Source: an uncultured Candidatus Saccharibacteria bacterium (GTDB lineage Bacteria > Patescibacteriota > Saccharimonadia > Saccharimonadales > UBA4665). Taken from it: DNA of 64,000 bases. Where the stretch lies: positions 9,894 through 73,893 of the forward strand of contig CAZKNP010000002.1 in NCBI GenBank assembly GCA_964554245.1, written 5' to 3'. Position 1 is the stretch's first letter. Each line of letters begins with the position of its first letter. A program made the translations under genes and the position numbers. The notes under the pieces were generated by a model. It made no database searches and was not told the origin of the DNA. It saw only the letters and a list, made by a program, of their open reading frames with translations. Below, piece after piece: positions 8,994 to 17,960 of this stretch.

Positions 8994-10241
8994 ATGAGGC
9001 TATCGCAGTTGTTTACAAAAACCTCGAAAACGGTTCCTGGTGATGAGGTGGCAAAAAACGCCCAACTACTTATCAAGGCAGGCTATGTTTATAAGGTTAT
9101 GGCTGGCGTTTATGCCTACACGCCGCTTGGTCTTAGGGTGCTGGAGAAGATTAAGCAAATTGTTCGCGAAGAAATGAATGCCGTCGGTGGACAGGAGTTA
9201 ATTATGTCGTCGCTTCAGCGCAAAGATACCTGGGAGCAGACTGGACGATGGGATGACGAGGTGGTTGATATTTGGTTTAAGTCTAATCTAAAGGATGAAA
9301 CTGAAGTTGGCTTTGCTTGGTCGCACGAAGAGGCAATTATCGAGTTAATGAAACAGTACGTTCATAGCTATAAAGATTTACCAGTTAGCGTTTATCAATT
9401 TCAGACAAAGATGCGCAATGAGCTTCGCGCCAAGAGCGGCATTATGCGTGGTCGTGAGTTTGTCATGAAAGACATGTATAGTATGCACGCTACGGCCGAA
9501 GACTGTGACGCATATTATGAACAGGTAACACAGGCGTATAAACGAGCTTACGAACGGCTTGGGCTCGGCGATAGTACCTTTGTGACGTTTGCTAGCGGCG
9601 GTGCTTTTACGAAATTTAGTCATGAATTTCAAACCATTTGTGAGGCGGGCGAAGACACTCTGTTCGTAAACGAAGATCAGACTGTGGCGGTCAATGAAGA
9701 GGTATTAGATGATGCTGCTAGCGAGCTAGGCATTGATAAAGATTCGCTAAAGCCGGTTGTTAGTGCTGAGGTTGGTAACATATTTAAGTTCGGCACCGAA
9801 AAGTCAGAAAGTATGAATTTTGTATTCACTGGTGAAGATGGTCAGGAGCATCCAGTTTATTTGGCTTCATATGGAATTGGCGTGACTAGAGTTATGGGTG
9901 TAATTGTTGAGAAGCTTGCCGACGATCGAGGCTTAGTTTGGCCAGAGGCGGTGGCACCGTTCCAGGTTTACCTAGCGAGGCTAGGCGACGATCCAGTGGT
10001 CATAAAAAGCGCCGAAGATCTGTATGATAAATTACAGGCAAGTGATGTTGAGGTGTTGTATGATGACTCCGAACGTCGGCCGGGCGAGAAGTTTGCCGAC
10101 GCTGACCTAATTGGATTGCCTCACCGCATAGTAGTGAGCGCTAAGACAGTTGAAGCCGGAACTTTTGAATATAAGGCTAGGGTTTCGGATTCAGCGGAGA
10201 TGCTATCCACAGAAGATCTCGTCGAACGATTGACCAAGTAA
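8994..10241 (+). CDS. proS: Prolyl-tRNA synthetase, bacterial-type but lacking the INS editing insertion (415 aa)
   Basis: N-terminus MRLSQLF..AKNAQLLIKAGYV..GVYAYTPLG; C-terminal anticodon-binding RRPGEKFADADLIGLPHRIVV. About 150-180 aa shorter than INS-containing enzymes. Confidence 0.9.
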   Translation: MRLSQLFTKTSKTVPGDEVAKNAQLLIKAGYVYKVMAGVYAYTPLGLRVLEKIKQIVREEMNAVGGQELIMSSLQRKDTWEQTGRWDDEVVDIWFKSNLKDETEVGFAWSHEEAIIELMKQYVHSYKDLPVSVYQFQTKMRNELRAKSGIMRGREFVMKDMYSMHATAEDCDAYYEQVTQAYKRAYERLGLGDSTFVTFASGGAFTKFSHEFQTICEAGEDTLFVNEDQTVAVNEEVLDDAASELGIDKDSLKPVVSAEVGNIFKFGTEKSESMNFVFTGEDGQEHPVYLASYGIGVTRVMGVIVEKLADDRGLVWPEAVAPFQVYLARLGDDPVVIKSAEDLYDKLQASDVEVLYDDSERRPGEKFADADLIGLPHRIVVSAKTVEAGTFEYKARVSDSAEMLSTEDLVERLTK

Positions 10242-10254
10242 ACAAAACACGCTA

Positions 10255-10313
10255 CTATACGTACCTAAGTAAAGAGGGTGGCAATACGTATAGCAGGCTA
10301 AGGCCTCTTTTTT
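10255..10313 (+). terminator. Compound stem-loop / terminator-like element between proS and greA
   Basis: Perfect 9-bp arms CTATACGTA (10255-10263) and TACGTATAG (10285-10293). AAAGAGG (10272-10278) is complementary to CCTCTTT (10304-10310), which runs into TTTTTT. Confidence 0.4.
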
Positions 10314-10336
10314 AGAGTCAAAACAAGGAGAAGATT

Positions 10337-10795
10337 ATGAAGAAGGTATTTCATTTAACTGAAGAAGGTGTAAAGGAGCTAGAAGGCGAAAAGCAGGATC
10401 TTTTAGTGCGCCGCGCTGAAACAGCTGAGGCAATTAAGGTTGCTAGGCAGATGGGTGACCTCAGCGAAAACGCTGAATATCAGTCAGCAAAACAGGAGCA
10501 AGAGAAGAACGACGCTAGGATTGACGAGATTGAATACATTTTGGCGAACGTTGAGTTGATCAAAGCTAGTCGCAGTCAGAAAGTCGTGCTTGGCAGCACC
10601 GTTACACTTAAACATGAAGACGGTAAGCAGCTAGTCTTTCAGGTGGTTGGAACAATTGAGGCAGATCCAATTGCTAAAAAGATCTCCGATGAATCTCCAA
10701 TTGGTCAGGCTCTACTTGGCAAGAAGCCGGGTGATGCTGTTGAGATTAAGACCCCAGCTGAAACTACAACATACAAGATCGAAGCTATTCAATAG
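10337..10795 (+). CDS. greA: Transcription elongation factor GreA
   Basis: GDLSENAEYQSAKQEQ coiled-coil motif and C-terminal FKBP-like domain; AAGGAG SD. Confidence 0.92.
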   Translation: MKKVFHLTEEGVKELEGEKQDLLVRRAETAEAIKVARQMGDLSENAEYQSAKQEQEKNDARIDEIEYILANVELIKASRSQKVVLGSTVTLKHEDGKQLVFQVVGTIEADPIAKKISDESPIGQALLGKKPGDAVEIKTPAETTTYKIEAIQ

Positions 10796-11178
10796 TGGAA
10801 CCAATTTCTGAGGACCGCTTTCACGAGCTAGTCGACCAGGCGTTCGATTCTTTGCCCGAGCCACACAGGAGCCATGTTAAAAACGTGGCGATTGTGGTTA
10901 CCGACGAGCCGAGTGACGAGCAGCGCCGTGAACTAAACTTACGCTGCGACCAAACACTGCTTGGTCTATATACGGGCGTACCATTACCGCAAAGGCAAGG
11001 TAGGTTGGACTTATCTCCAGATATAATTACGTTATTTTCGGGTCCGCTGCAGCGCCAAAGCGACTCGGAAGAGAGACTTTATTCACAGATTCGTCACACC
11101 TTATGGCATGAAGTGGCTCATTATTTTGGGCTAGATCATGAGGCGATCCACCGCCTAGAGGCTGAGCAGGTTGACTAA
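10795..11178 (+). CDS. Small zinc metallopeptidase-family protein (minimal MMP-like/DUF1025 type)
   Basis: HEVAHYFG HExxH motif near the C-terminus, ~127 aa. GTG start overlaps the greA stop. Confidence 0.6.
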   Translation: MEPISEDRFHELVDQAFDSLPEPHRSHVKNVAIVVTDEPSDEQRRELNLRCDQTLLGLYTGVPLPQRQGRLDLSPDIITLFSGPLQRQSDSEERLYSQIRHTLWHEVAHYFGLDHEAIHRLEAEQVD

Positions 11179-11183
11179 ACTTC

Positions 11184-11192
11184 TGATACAAT
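11184..11192 (+). promoter_or_regulatory. Extended -10 promoter; the HAD gene is predicted to be leaderless
   Basis: TGaTACAAT, then exactly 7 nt, then ATG 11200. No SD. Confidence 0.5.
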
Positions 11193-11199
11193 TATAGCG

Positions 11200-11844
11200 A
11201 TGAAGAGGGTAGTGGTTTTTGATTTTGATGGGACTTTGGCCGACAGTATATTTGGCGTACTGGCGCTTTTTGAGCGCTATCATAATCACAATATACCCAG
11301 TACCAGCGATGGCGTGAAAGATTTTCGTAATAAAAGCATGTTTCAGATTGCCAAAGAGCTAAAAATACCGCTCTATAAGCTGTTTTTGCTAGCTTTGTTT
11401 GGTCGCAGACAGTTTTCAAAGCATCTTGATGTTGTTCAGCTCTATGCCGGAATTGAAGATGTGCTTAAATCTCTGCACAAAGCAGGAGTAAAAATGTACA
11501 TCCTAAGCACTAATAGTGCCGATACGATCAAACGCTTCCTAAATACTAAAAAGGTCGATAAATACATCGAGAATATATATGGCAAAGCCTTTATCCTAAA
11601 CAAGGCGCCAAAAATGCGGCAATTAATGAGGCAAGAGGGTGTTCGTAGGGAGGATCTTTGGTTTGTGGGGGATGAACTAGTGGATGTTTTTTCTGCCAAG
11701 CGGGCGGGTGTTGATCTGGTGTCTGTGACATGGGGATACACTGCACGTACAGCTTTGGCGGCGGCCAAGCCGACGGCAATTACTGATACGACGGCTGAAT
11801 TATTATCAATCTTGCAGCCAAAAACAAAGGGAGTCGAACAGTGA
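11200..11844 (+). CDS. HAD-superfamily hydrolase (phosphoglycolate phosphatase-like)
   Basis: VVFDFDGTLADS motif I, STNS motif II, VGDELVD motif IV. Confidence 0.8.
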   Translation: MKRVVVFDFDGTLADSIFGVLALFERYHNHNIPSTSDGVKDFRNKSMFQIAKELKIPLYKLFLLALFGRRQFSKHLDVVQLYAGIEDVLKSLHKAGVKMYILSTNSADTIKRFLNTKKVDKYIENIYGKAFILNKAPKMRQLMRQEGVRREDLWFVGDELVDVFSAKRAGVDLVSVTWGYTARTALAAAKPTAITDTTAELLSILQPKTKGVEQ

Positions 11845-12620
11845 GTTATATGAGGGAAAGAAGCCAACCATACAGTCCTGGTCAGTCTGCGCCTTACAAA
11901 GTATCACGTTCCAAGATTGAACTTTTTATGCAATGTCCGCGTTGTTTTTGGCTGGATGTTAGACACAAGATAACTAGGCCGTCTAGTCCACCCTTCAACA
12001 TCAACAAAACAATAGACGAGCTTTATAAAAAGGAATTCGATAAGCATAGGCTAGCCGGCACCGCGCATCCGATTATGGTCGAAAACAAATTAAACCTTAA
12101 GCCTTTTGCGCACGAAAAAATGGATGAATGGCGTCACAATTTTACCGGAGTTTCAGCGCTGCATGCATCAACAAATCTTCATGTTTTCGGTGCTGTTGAT
12201 GATGTCTGGGTTGATGATAATGGTAAGCTGTCAATAGTTGACTACAAAGCAACTAGTAAAGACAAAGAAGTGTCGATTGATAGCGGATGGCAAATTAGCT
12301 ACAAGAGACAGATGGAAGTATATCAATGGTTGTTGCGCGCCAACGGTTTTGACGTCAGTGATACAGGTTATTTTGTCTATACGAATGCTAGGATGGATGC
12401 CGATGAGTTCGGTGATACCTTGTTATTCCGAACTAAGCTAATACCTTACACAGGCTCGGACTCGTGGGTTGAGGGGACGCTTGATAAGATGAAGCGGTGC
12501 ATGGACGGTGATATTCCTGAGGTTGGCGAAAGTATTATGGGTGGGCCATGTGAACACTGTACTTATGCTCGGTCGCGCACTAGTCTCACGCTCGAGGCTT
12601 TACAAAATAAAAAACGTTAA
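11841..12620 (+). CDS. PD-(D/E)XK nuclease, Cas4/RecB-like with Cys cluster
   Basis: N-terminal CPRC, catalytic D...IVDYK, QMEVY (QxxxY) motif, C-terminal C...CEHC. Overlaps the HAD stop (GTGA). Confidence 0.7.
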   Translation: MSYMRERSQPYSPGQSAPYKVSRSKIELFMQCPRCFWLDVRHKITRPSSPPFNINKTIDELYKKEFDKHRLAGTAHPIMVENKLNLKPFAHEKMDEWRHNFTGVSALHASTNLHVFGAVDDVWVDDNGKLSIVDYKATSKDKEVSIDSGWQISYKRQMEVYQWLLRANGFDVSDTGYFVYTNARMDADEFGDTLLFRTKLIPYTGSDSWVEGTLDKMKRCMDGDIPEVGESIMGGPCEHCTYARSRTSLTLEALQNKKR

Positions 12621-12659
12621 ATAACACTAGTTTTTATAGGCGTCCGACCAGCCTGCCTG

Positions 12660-12668
12660 TGCTATACT
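12660..12668 (+). promoter_or_regulatory. Extended -10 promoter for the MacB-type ABC pair
   Basis: TGcTATACT, followed by AAGGGGGAG SD and ATG 12702. Confidence 0.4.
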
Positions 12669-12701
12669 TCAGAGTGAAGACAAGGGGGAGAAGTTTATCT
12701 C

Positions 12702-13436
12702 ATGATTGCAGTTCAAGACGTCACAAAAGTTTATGGTAGGGGGGAGAGTGCGTTCAAGGCACTAGATAACGTCAGTTTTTCGATTGAAAATGGTGACAGT
12801 GTGGCGGTAGTTGGCAAATCTGGCTCAGGAAAGTCGACCCTAATGCATATCGTGAGTGGACTGGATCGCCCTGACTCTGGTAGGATTGTGATTGACAACG
12901 AGGATATGCTGACATTGAAGCCACGGGCAATTGATGCTTTCCGCGCCAAAAAAATGGGTTTTGTTTTTCAGAGTTTTTTTGTTGAAGGTGGTGAAACTTG
13001 CTATGACAATGTCAGTCTTTCGCTTGAGATGGCGGAAGTGCCTAGATCAAGGCGCAAAAAAAGAATTACCGAAGCACTGGAAGCGGTCGATTTGCAGAAT
13101 AAGATTTATGAAAAAGCTAAGAATTTATCTGGCGGTCAGAAGCAGCGCCTAGCGATCGCTCGGGCAATTGTCGGTCAACCAGAGATTCTTTTCGCCGACG
13201 AGCCAACTGGTAATCTGGATTCAGCTACCTCGAAGGTTGTCGAGGACCTTTTGTTCAGTTATCAGAAGACAAAAAAGGCAACCTTGATTATTGTGACTCA
13301 CGATGAAGAATTAGCCGCTCGCTGTCAGAAAGTAATCCGCATTAAAGACGGCCAGATAGTTTCGGCTGATTCGACTAAGCGCAAAGCGTCGCCAGTGAAA
13401 ACCAAAACCCCAGCCAAGAAAGTGAGGAGCATCTAA
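12702..13436 (+). CDS. ABC transporter ATP-binding protein (MacB/LolD-like)
   Basis: Walker A GKSGSGKST, signature LSGGQKQR, Walker B ILFADEPTGNLD. Confidence 0.88.
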   Translation: MIAVQDVTKVYGRGESAFKALDNVSFSIENGDSVAVVGKSGSGKSTLMHIVSGLDRPDSGRIVIDNEDMLTLKPRAIDAFRAKKMGFVFQSFFVEGGETCYDNVSLSLEMAEVPRSRRKKRITEALEAVDLQNKIYEKAKNLSGGQKQRLAIARAIVGQPEILFADEPTGNLDSATSKVVEDLLFSYQKTKKATLIIVTHDEELAARCQKVIRIKDGQIVSADSTKRKASPVKTKTPAKKVRSI

Positions 13437-13437
13437 A

Positions 13438-14775
13438 ATGAAGACAAGCGATGTTGTTAGGCGAGCTGGACGTAATCTAAAGCGCGCCAAAATGCGCACC
13501 TTTCTAACGAGCGTGGCTATTGCGGTCGGTGGCTTTGCGATCATGGTTAGCTTAATGGCAGGTGAGGGAGCCCGTCAGTATGTTGACCGAGTGATCAGTG
13601 CCAATATGGACCCGGATTCTTTGATGATAGCGAAGGATGAGAAGATGTTCGGCGGAGGATCTGGCATGGTGCCGGATCTAGAGGAGTACAGTCCTGACTC
13701 GATGAATCAATTCGGCATGGAAATCAAAGCCCTCAATAGTAAGGACATGGAAACACTCTCGGCAAGAAGCGATATAAAAGAGGTCCAGCCGGTTTATCAA
13801 CTGCAACCGAAGTATGTTGAGTTTAGTACGAACACCGGCAAGCGCTATACATCCAGAGTGGAGGTGCGCGACTCAACCTTAGCCGTAGCGACATCGGCTG
13901 GCAAGGAATTATTTTCGGGCACTAAGTTGGCGGACGACGAGGCTGTGATTCCAGAAACCTATCTCTCGAAACTGGGCGTTAAATCTCCAAAAGAGATGAT
14001 CGGCCAAAAAGTGATAGTTACCCTTGAGCAAGCGGGACTAGTGTCAGGTGTAGTAGATCCTGCCTTAGCCGCAGCGCCCGCACAGCCAAAAGAGATGAAG
14101 CGGGAGTTTAGGGTTGTGTCGGTTGCTAAGAAGACAGCCGATCAGATGACCAGTCCATCGTTCATATATGTTAGCGGCGATGCAGCTAAGGCGATGAATG
14201 ATTTCGCTACAGAAGGAACCAGTATGTACCAAAAATACATGGGCGCGATGGCGCTGGTTGACGGTGACCGTGAGCCGGAAACCGTCAAGAATTCTCTAGA
14301 GAAAGAGGGCTACACGGTATTTACTGCTAAAGACTTACAATCTATGATCTTTACTTTCGTTAATTTACTCCAGGGTGTGGTTATGGGTTTTGGAATCTTG
14401 GCGCTAATCGTTAGTATCTTCGGCATTGTTAATACTATGTATATATCAGTGCTCGAGAGAACACAGCAGATTGGTCTGATGAAGGCGCTTGGGGCATCCG
14501 GTAAGGATATTGGGCGACTATTCCGCTACGAAGCTGCCTGGGTTGGTTTCTTGGGTGGAGCGATTGGCGTGCTGGTCGCCTGGATCGGCAGTATCGTTGC
14601 CAATCCAATGATTTCTCAAGCCCTAGGACTCGGCGAACACCATTTATTAATATTCCAGATACCGATGGCGGTTGGAGTTATTCTGGTATTGATGTTTGTT
14701 GCGGTTGTTGCCGGCTGGCTACCTAGCAAGCGTGCCGCCAGGCTTGACCCAATCGAAGCCTTAAGAACGGAGTAG
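13438..14775 (+). CDS. ABC transporter permease, MacB/FtsX-like
   Basis: N-terminal TM, large extracytoplasmic domain, C-terminal FtsX-type 3-TM bundle ending RAARLDPIEALR. Confidence 0.85.
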   Translation: MKTSDVVRRAGRNLKRAKMRTFLTSVAIAVGGFAIMVSLMAGEGARQYVDRVISANMDPDSLMIAKDEKMFGGGSGMVPDLEEYSPDSMNQFGMEIKALNSKDMETLSARSDIKEVQPVYQLQPKYVEFSTNTGKRYTSRVEVRDSTLAVATSAGKELFSGTKLADDEAVIPETYLSKLGVKSPKEMIGQKVIVTLEQAGLVSGVVDPALAAAPAQPKEMKREFRVVSVAKKTADQMTSPSFIYVSGDAAKAMNDFATEGTSMYQKYMGAMALVDGDREPETVKNSLEKEGYTVFTAKDLQSMIFTFVNLLQGVVMGFGILALIVSIFGIVNTMYISVLERTQQIGLMKALGASGKDIGRLFRYEAAWVGFLGGAIGVLVAWIGSIVANPMISQALGLGEHHLLIFQIPMAVGVILVLMFVAVVAGWLPSKRAARLDPIEALRTE

Positions 14776-14777
14776 TT

Positions 14778-16019
14778 ATGTTAGATATAAAATACATCAG
14801 AGAGAATAAAGAACTTGTTCAAAAATCAGCCGAATTAAAAGGCTACAAAGTATCAATTGATGATTTACTTAAGGTTGACGATGAACGACGTGAATTACAG
14901 AAACGTGTTGACGACCTAAGGCAGAAGCGCAACGAAATATCTTCGCAGATGAAGGGCGGAAAACCAGATCAATCATTGATCGACGAAGGTAAGGCTGTAA
15001 AAGAGCAGCTTGCTGGCATTGAAGATGGTCTAAAGAGCTTGGAGGATTCTCTAACAACTACGCTAAAAGATGTCCCAAACATTGTTTTCGATGACGTGCC
15101 AGAGGGGGGCGAAGAGGATAGTGTTGAGATCAGGGCGTGGGGTGAGCAAAAAAATGGCGCAGTTGATCATCTTGATTATGCCACTAGCCGCGGTTGGTTA
15201 GATTTTGAGCGCGGAGCGCGAGTGGCAGGCGCCAAATTCTATTATTTAAAAGGCGATCTAGCACTCCTAGAGAATGCAATTTATCAGTTTGCTCTAGATT
15301 TGATGATTAAAAAAGGCTTCACATTCATGACTGTTCCGCATATGGTCAACATGCGCACGGCCGAAGGTGCTGGATTTAATCCAAAGGGTGAAGGTGGTAA
15401 TGAATACGTCGTCGAAGGCGAAGATCTGACGTTGATTGGAACGGCCGAAATGCCGTTAACCGGCTATCACACAGACGAGATTATAGAAGAGAAAGATTTG
15501 CCACTCCGTTACGTTGGCTATAGCCCGTGCTACCGAAAGGAAGCTGGCACTTACGGAAAGCATACCCGCGGACTTTTTAGGGTGCATCAGTTTAACAAGC
15601 TCGAGATGTATGTATTTTGCTCACCTGAGCAGTCTAAGCAAATGCACGAGGAGATTATTGGTATCGAGGAAGAGATCTGGCAGACGATCGGCGTGCCTTA
15701 CCGTGTTATTAATATCGCTGCCGGAGATTTAGGCGCTCCAGCTGCTAAAAAGTACGATATTGAGTATTGGTCCCCGGTTGATCAAAAGTACCGCGAACTA
15801 ACCAGCTGTTCGAACTGCACCGACTTCCAGGCTCGTGGCTTAAATATACGCGTTAGGCGTCATAGTGGCGAAGTCGAAAGTGTACATACGCTTAATGGTA
15901 CGGCTGTCAGCTTGGCTCGTTCACTGGTCGTAGTGCTAGAAAATTTCCAGAATGAAGATGGTAGCTTGACCGTTCCCGAGGCTTTAAGGCCATATCTTGG
16001 CGGCAGAGAAGTAATATAA
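14778..16019 (+). CDS. serS: Seryl-tRNA synthetase
   Basis: N-terminal coiled-coil arm MLDIKYIREN, class II core (GYSPCYRKEAG, RVHQFNKLE, NGTAVSLARS). Confidence 0.95.
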   Translation: MLDIKYIRENKELVQKSAELKGYKVSIDDLLKVDDERRELQKRVDDLRQKRNEISSQMKGGKPDQSLIDEGKAVKEQLAGIEDGLKSLEDSLTTTLKDVPNIVFDDVPEGGEEDSVEIRAWGEQKNGAVDHLDYATSRGWLDFERGARVAGAKFYYLKGDLALLENAIYQFALDLMIKKGFTFMTVPHMVNMRTAEGAGFNPKGEGGNEYVVEGEDLTLIGTAEMPLTGYHTDEIIEEKDLPLRYVGYSPCYRKEAGTYGKHTRGLFRVHQFNKLEMYVFCSPEQSKQMHEEIIGIEEEIWQTIGVPYRVINIAAGDLGAPAAKKYDIEYWSPVDQKYRELTSCSNCTDFQARGLNIRVRRHSGEVESVHTLNGTAVSLARSLVVVLENFQNEDGSLTVPEALRPYLGGREVI

Positions 16020-16034
16020 AAACCGGAGGGCGAG

Positions 16035-16796
16035 ATGAGCGGCAAGAATGCGATTTCTGTCAAAAATCTGACCAAGAGATATGACGGCACTAAAGTGGTT
16101 GACGGTATATCTTTTTCGGTCAAAGAAGGTGAGATATTTGGCATACTAGGACCGAATGGTGCGGGTAAGACTACAACGCTAGAAATGCTAGAGGCGCTAC
16201 GGCCGATTGATGAGGGCGACGTTATGATCGCTGGAGTAGATGTCAAAAAAGACCCAAAAAAAGTTAAAGAAATTGTTGGTATTCAGCTGCAGTCAACGAC
16301 CTTTTACGACAAACTAACATTGCGCGAGCAGCTTTTAATGTTTGCTAGCTTATACGGTACGACCATTGACGTTAATTCGTTGCTGGAGCGTGTGCAGCTA
16401 ACCGAAAAGGCTAAGAGTTACGTCGAAAGATTATCGGGCGGTCAGAAGCAGCGATTTGCGATTGCGGCTGCGCTAGTGAATACGCCCAAAGTCCTGTTTT
16501 TGGACGAGCCAACCACTGGGCTTGACCCGCAGGCACGACGTAATTTATGGGACTTGATTGAGTCGATTAAGCAAAGTGGCATAACTATCGTGCTCACTAC
16601 TCACTACATGGATGAGGCGGAGTTGTTGTGTGATCGGTTGGCTATTATGGATAATTGACAGATCATCGCCATCGACACTCCGAGAAATCTAATCAAAGAC
16701 TTGCTAAAACGAGGCTTTAAAAAGAAGCAGGAGGTGGATCAGGCTAATCTCGAGGATGTGTTTATTGACCTAACCGGAAAGGCGATCAGGGAATAA
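16035..16796 (+). pseudogene. ABC-2-type ATP-binding protein interrupted by an in-frame TGA (16656-16658)
   Basis: Walker A GPNGAGKTT, LSGGQKQR, Walker B LFLDEPTTGLD and H-loop TTHYMDEA are all present. The frame reads AIMDN-TGA-QIIAIDTPRNL...LEDVFIDLTG and stops at 16794-16796, 2 nt before the permease ATG. Confidence 0.7.
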
Positions 16797-16798
16797 CC

Positions 16799-17908
16799 AT
16801 GAACAAATATTGGAAGGGCGTATTTGGCCAGGTTAGAGCAATGCAGAAGCGTTTCGTTCGCGATAAGGTGGCGCTGTTTTTTACATTTCTATTTCCATTA
16901 ATTTTTCTATTCGTTTTTGGATCAATCTTTAGAAACGAAACAGTTAGTTTTAATGCGGCATTGATTGATCATGCTAACACTGAGTTTTCAAAAGGCTTTG
17001 CGCGGCAGGCCAAGACATCTAAAGATTCACCAATTAAGATTGACGAAGAATTGAAAACGATCGATCAGGCAAAAGAGAAGATGAAGCGGTCCGAGATCGA
17101 TGGCATTATTGAGCTGACAAAAGGCTTTGGTGAGGTCGACGAAACAGGTAGGCCGAAGGGTGAGGCAAAAGTCCTTTACCAGAAAGGTTCGGAGCAAGCT
17201 GGCCAGACGCTAACAGCCCTCATGTCACAAATTATTGAAAATATTAACTATTCAATTGGGCAGCCTAAGCCGCCGCTGACGGTTGTGTCTGAAGGCGTTG
17301 GTCAAAAAGGTTTGTCGAGCTTCGATTACGTGTTCTCGGGTTTACTAGCATTCAGTCTTATGAGTATGGGTATATTTGGGTTGGCTAATCAGATGCCGGC
17401 CGAAAAACAGAAGGGTTCATATCGGCGGCTTAGGGCGGCGCCATTCTCGTCTGGCCAGCTGATTATCGCAATGGCGATACACTATCTTTTGATTACGCTA
17501 CTGAGCGTGACCGCGATGTTGGCTGTTGGCGTTGGTTTGTTTGACTTCAATATGCGCGGCGACATTCCAACTTTTGCGGTTTTTGCGGTCGTATCGGCTT
17601 TCATGACAATCGGCATCGGACTAATGATTGGCGCTTGGGCAAAGAACGAAAACCAATCGGCTCCAATTAGTAATCTCGTATCGTTTCCTTTGATGTTCTT
17701 GTCGGGATCATTCTTCCCGCGCTTCGCATTCCCGGAGTGGCTGCAGGGCATTGCCGCCTATATACCACTTTCGCCAGTAGTGGATGGGTTTAGGTTGATT
17801 TTGACGGAAGGCGCATCTTTCATGCAGTTGGGCGTTCAGTTTGCAGTAATTGGCGTGTGGTTGGTAATTGTTTATGCTGTTGCGATCAAATTATTCCGCT
17901 GGGAGTAG
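16799..17908 (+). CDS. ABC-2 type transporter permease
   Basis: N-terminal TM, large external loop, C-terminal 5-TM ABC-2 membrane domain. Directly follows its ATPase. Confidence 0.85.
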   Translation: MNKYWKGVFGQVRAMQKRFVRDKVALFFTFLFPLIFLFVFGSIFRNETVSFNAALIDHANTEFSKGFARQAKTSKDSPIKIDEELKTIDQAKEKMKRSEIDGIIELTKGFGEVDETGRPKGEAKVLYQKGSEQAGQTLTALMSQIIENINYSIGQPKPPLTVVSEGVGQKGLSSFDYVFSGLLAFSLMSMGIFGLANQMPAEKQKGSYRRLRAAPFSSGQLIIAMAIHYLLITLLSVTAMLAVGVGLFDFNMRGDIPTFAVFAVVSAFMTIGIGLMIGAWAKNENQSAPISNLVSFPLMFLSGSFFPRFAFPEWLQGIAAYIPLSPVVDGFRLILTEGASFMQLGVQFAVIGVWLVIVYAVAIKLFRWE

Positions 17909-17960
17909 TGGTCATAATCATAAAAACGGGCTATACTTAGGGTAAATAAAAGGGGGATAC

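Noticed and set aside
16656-16658. Genome-wide UGA reassignment (code 25, UGA = Gly) or selenocysteine at the in-frame TGA.
   Set aside because: TGA clearly terminates several well-defined genes in this window (for example 3771-3773, 8056-8058, 11842-11844 and 36435-36437), with proper downstream gene starts. An intact RF2 gene (22389-23486) is present. The position is a structural Gly rather than a redox Cys/Sec site, and I see no SECIS-like hairpin right after it. Only a local event remains plausible: mutation, error or read-through.
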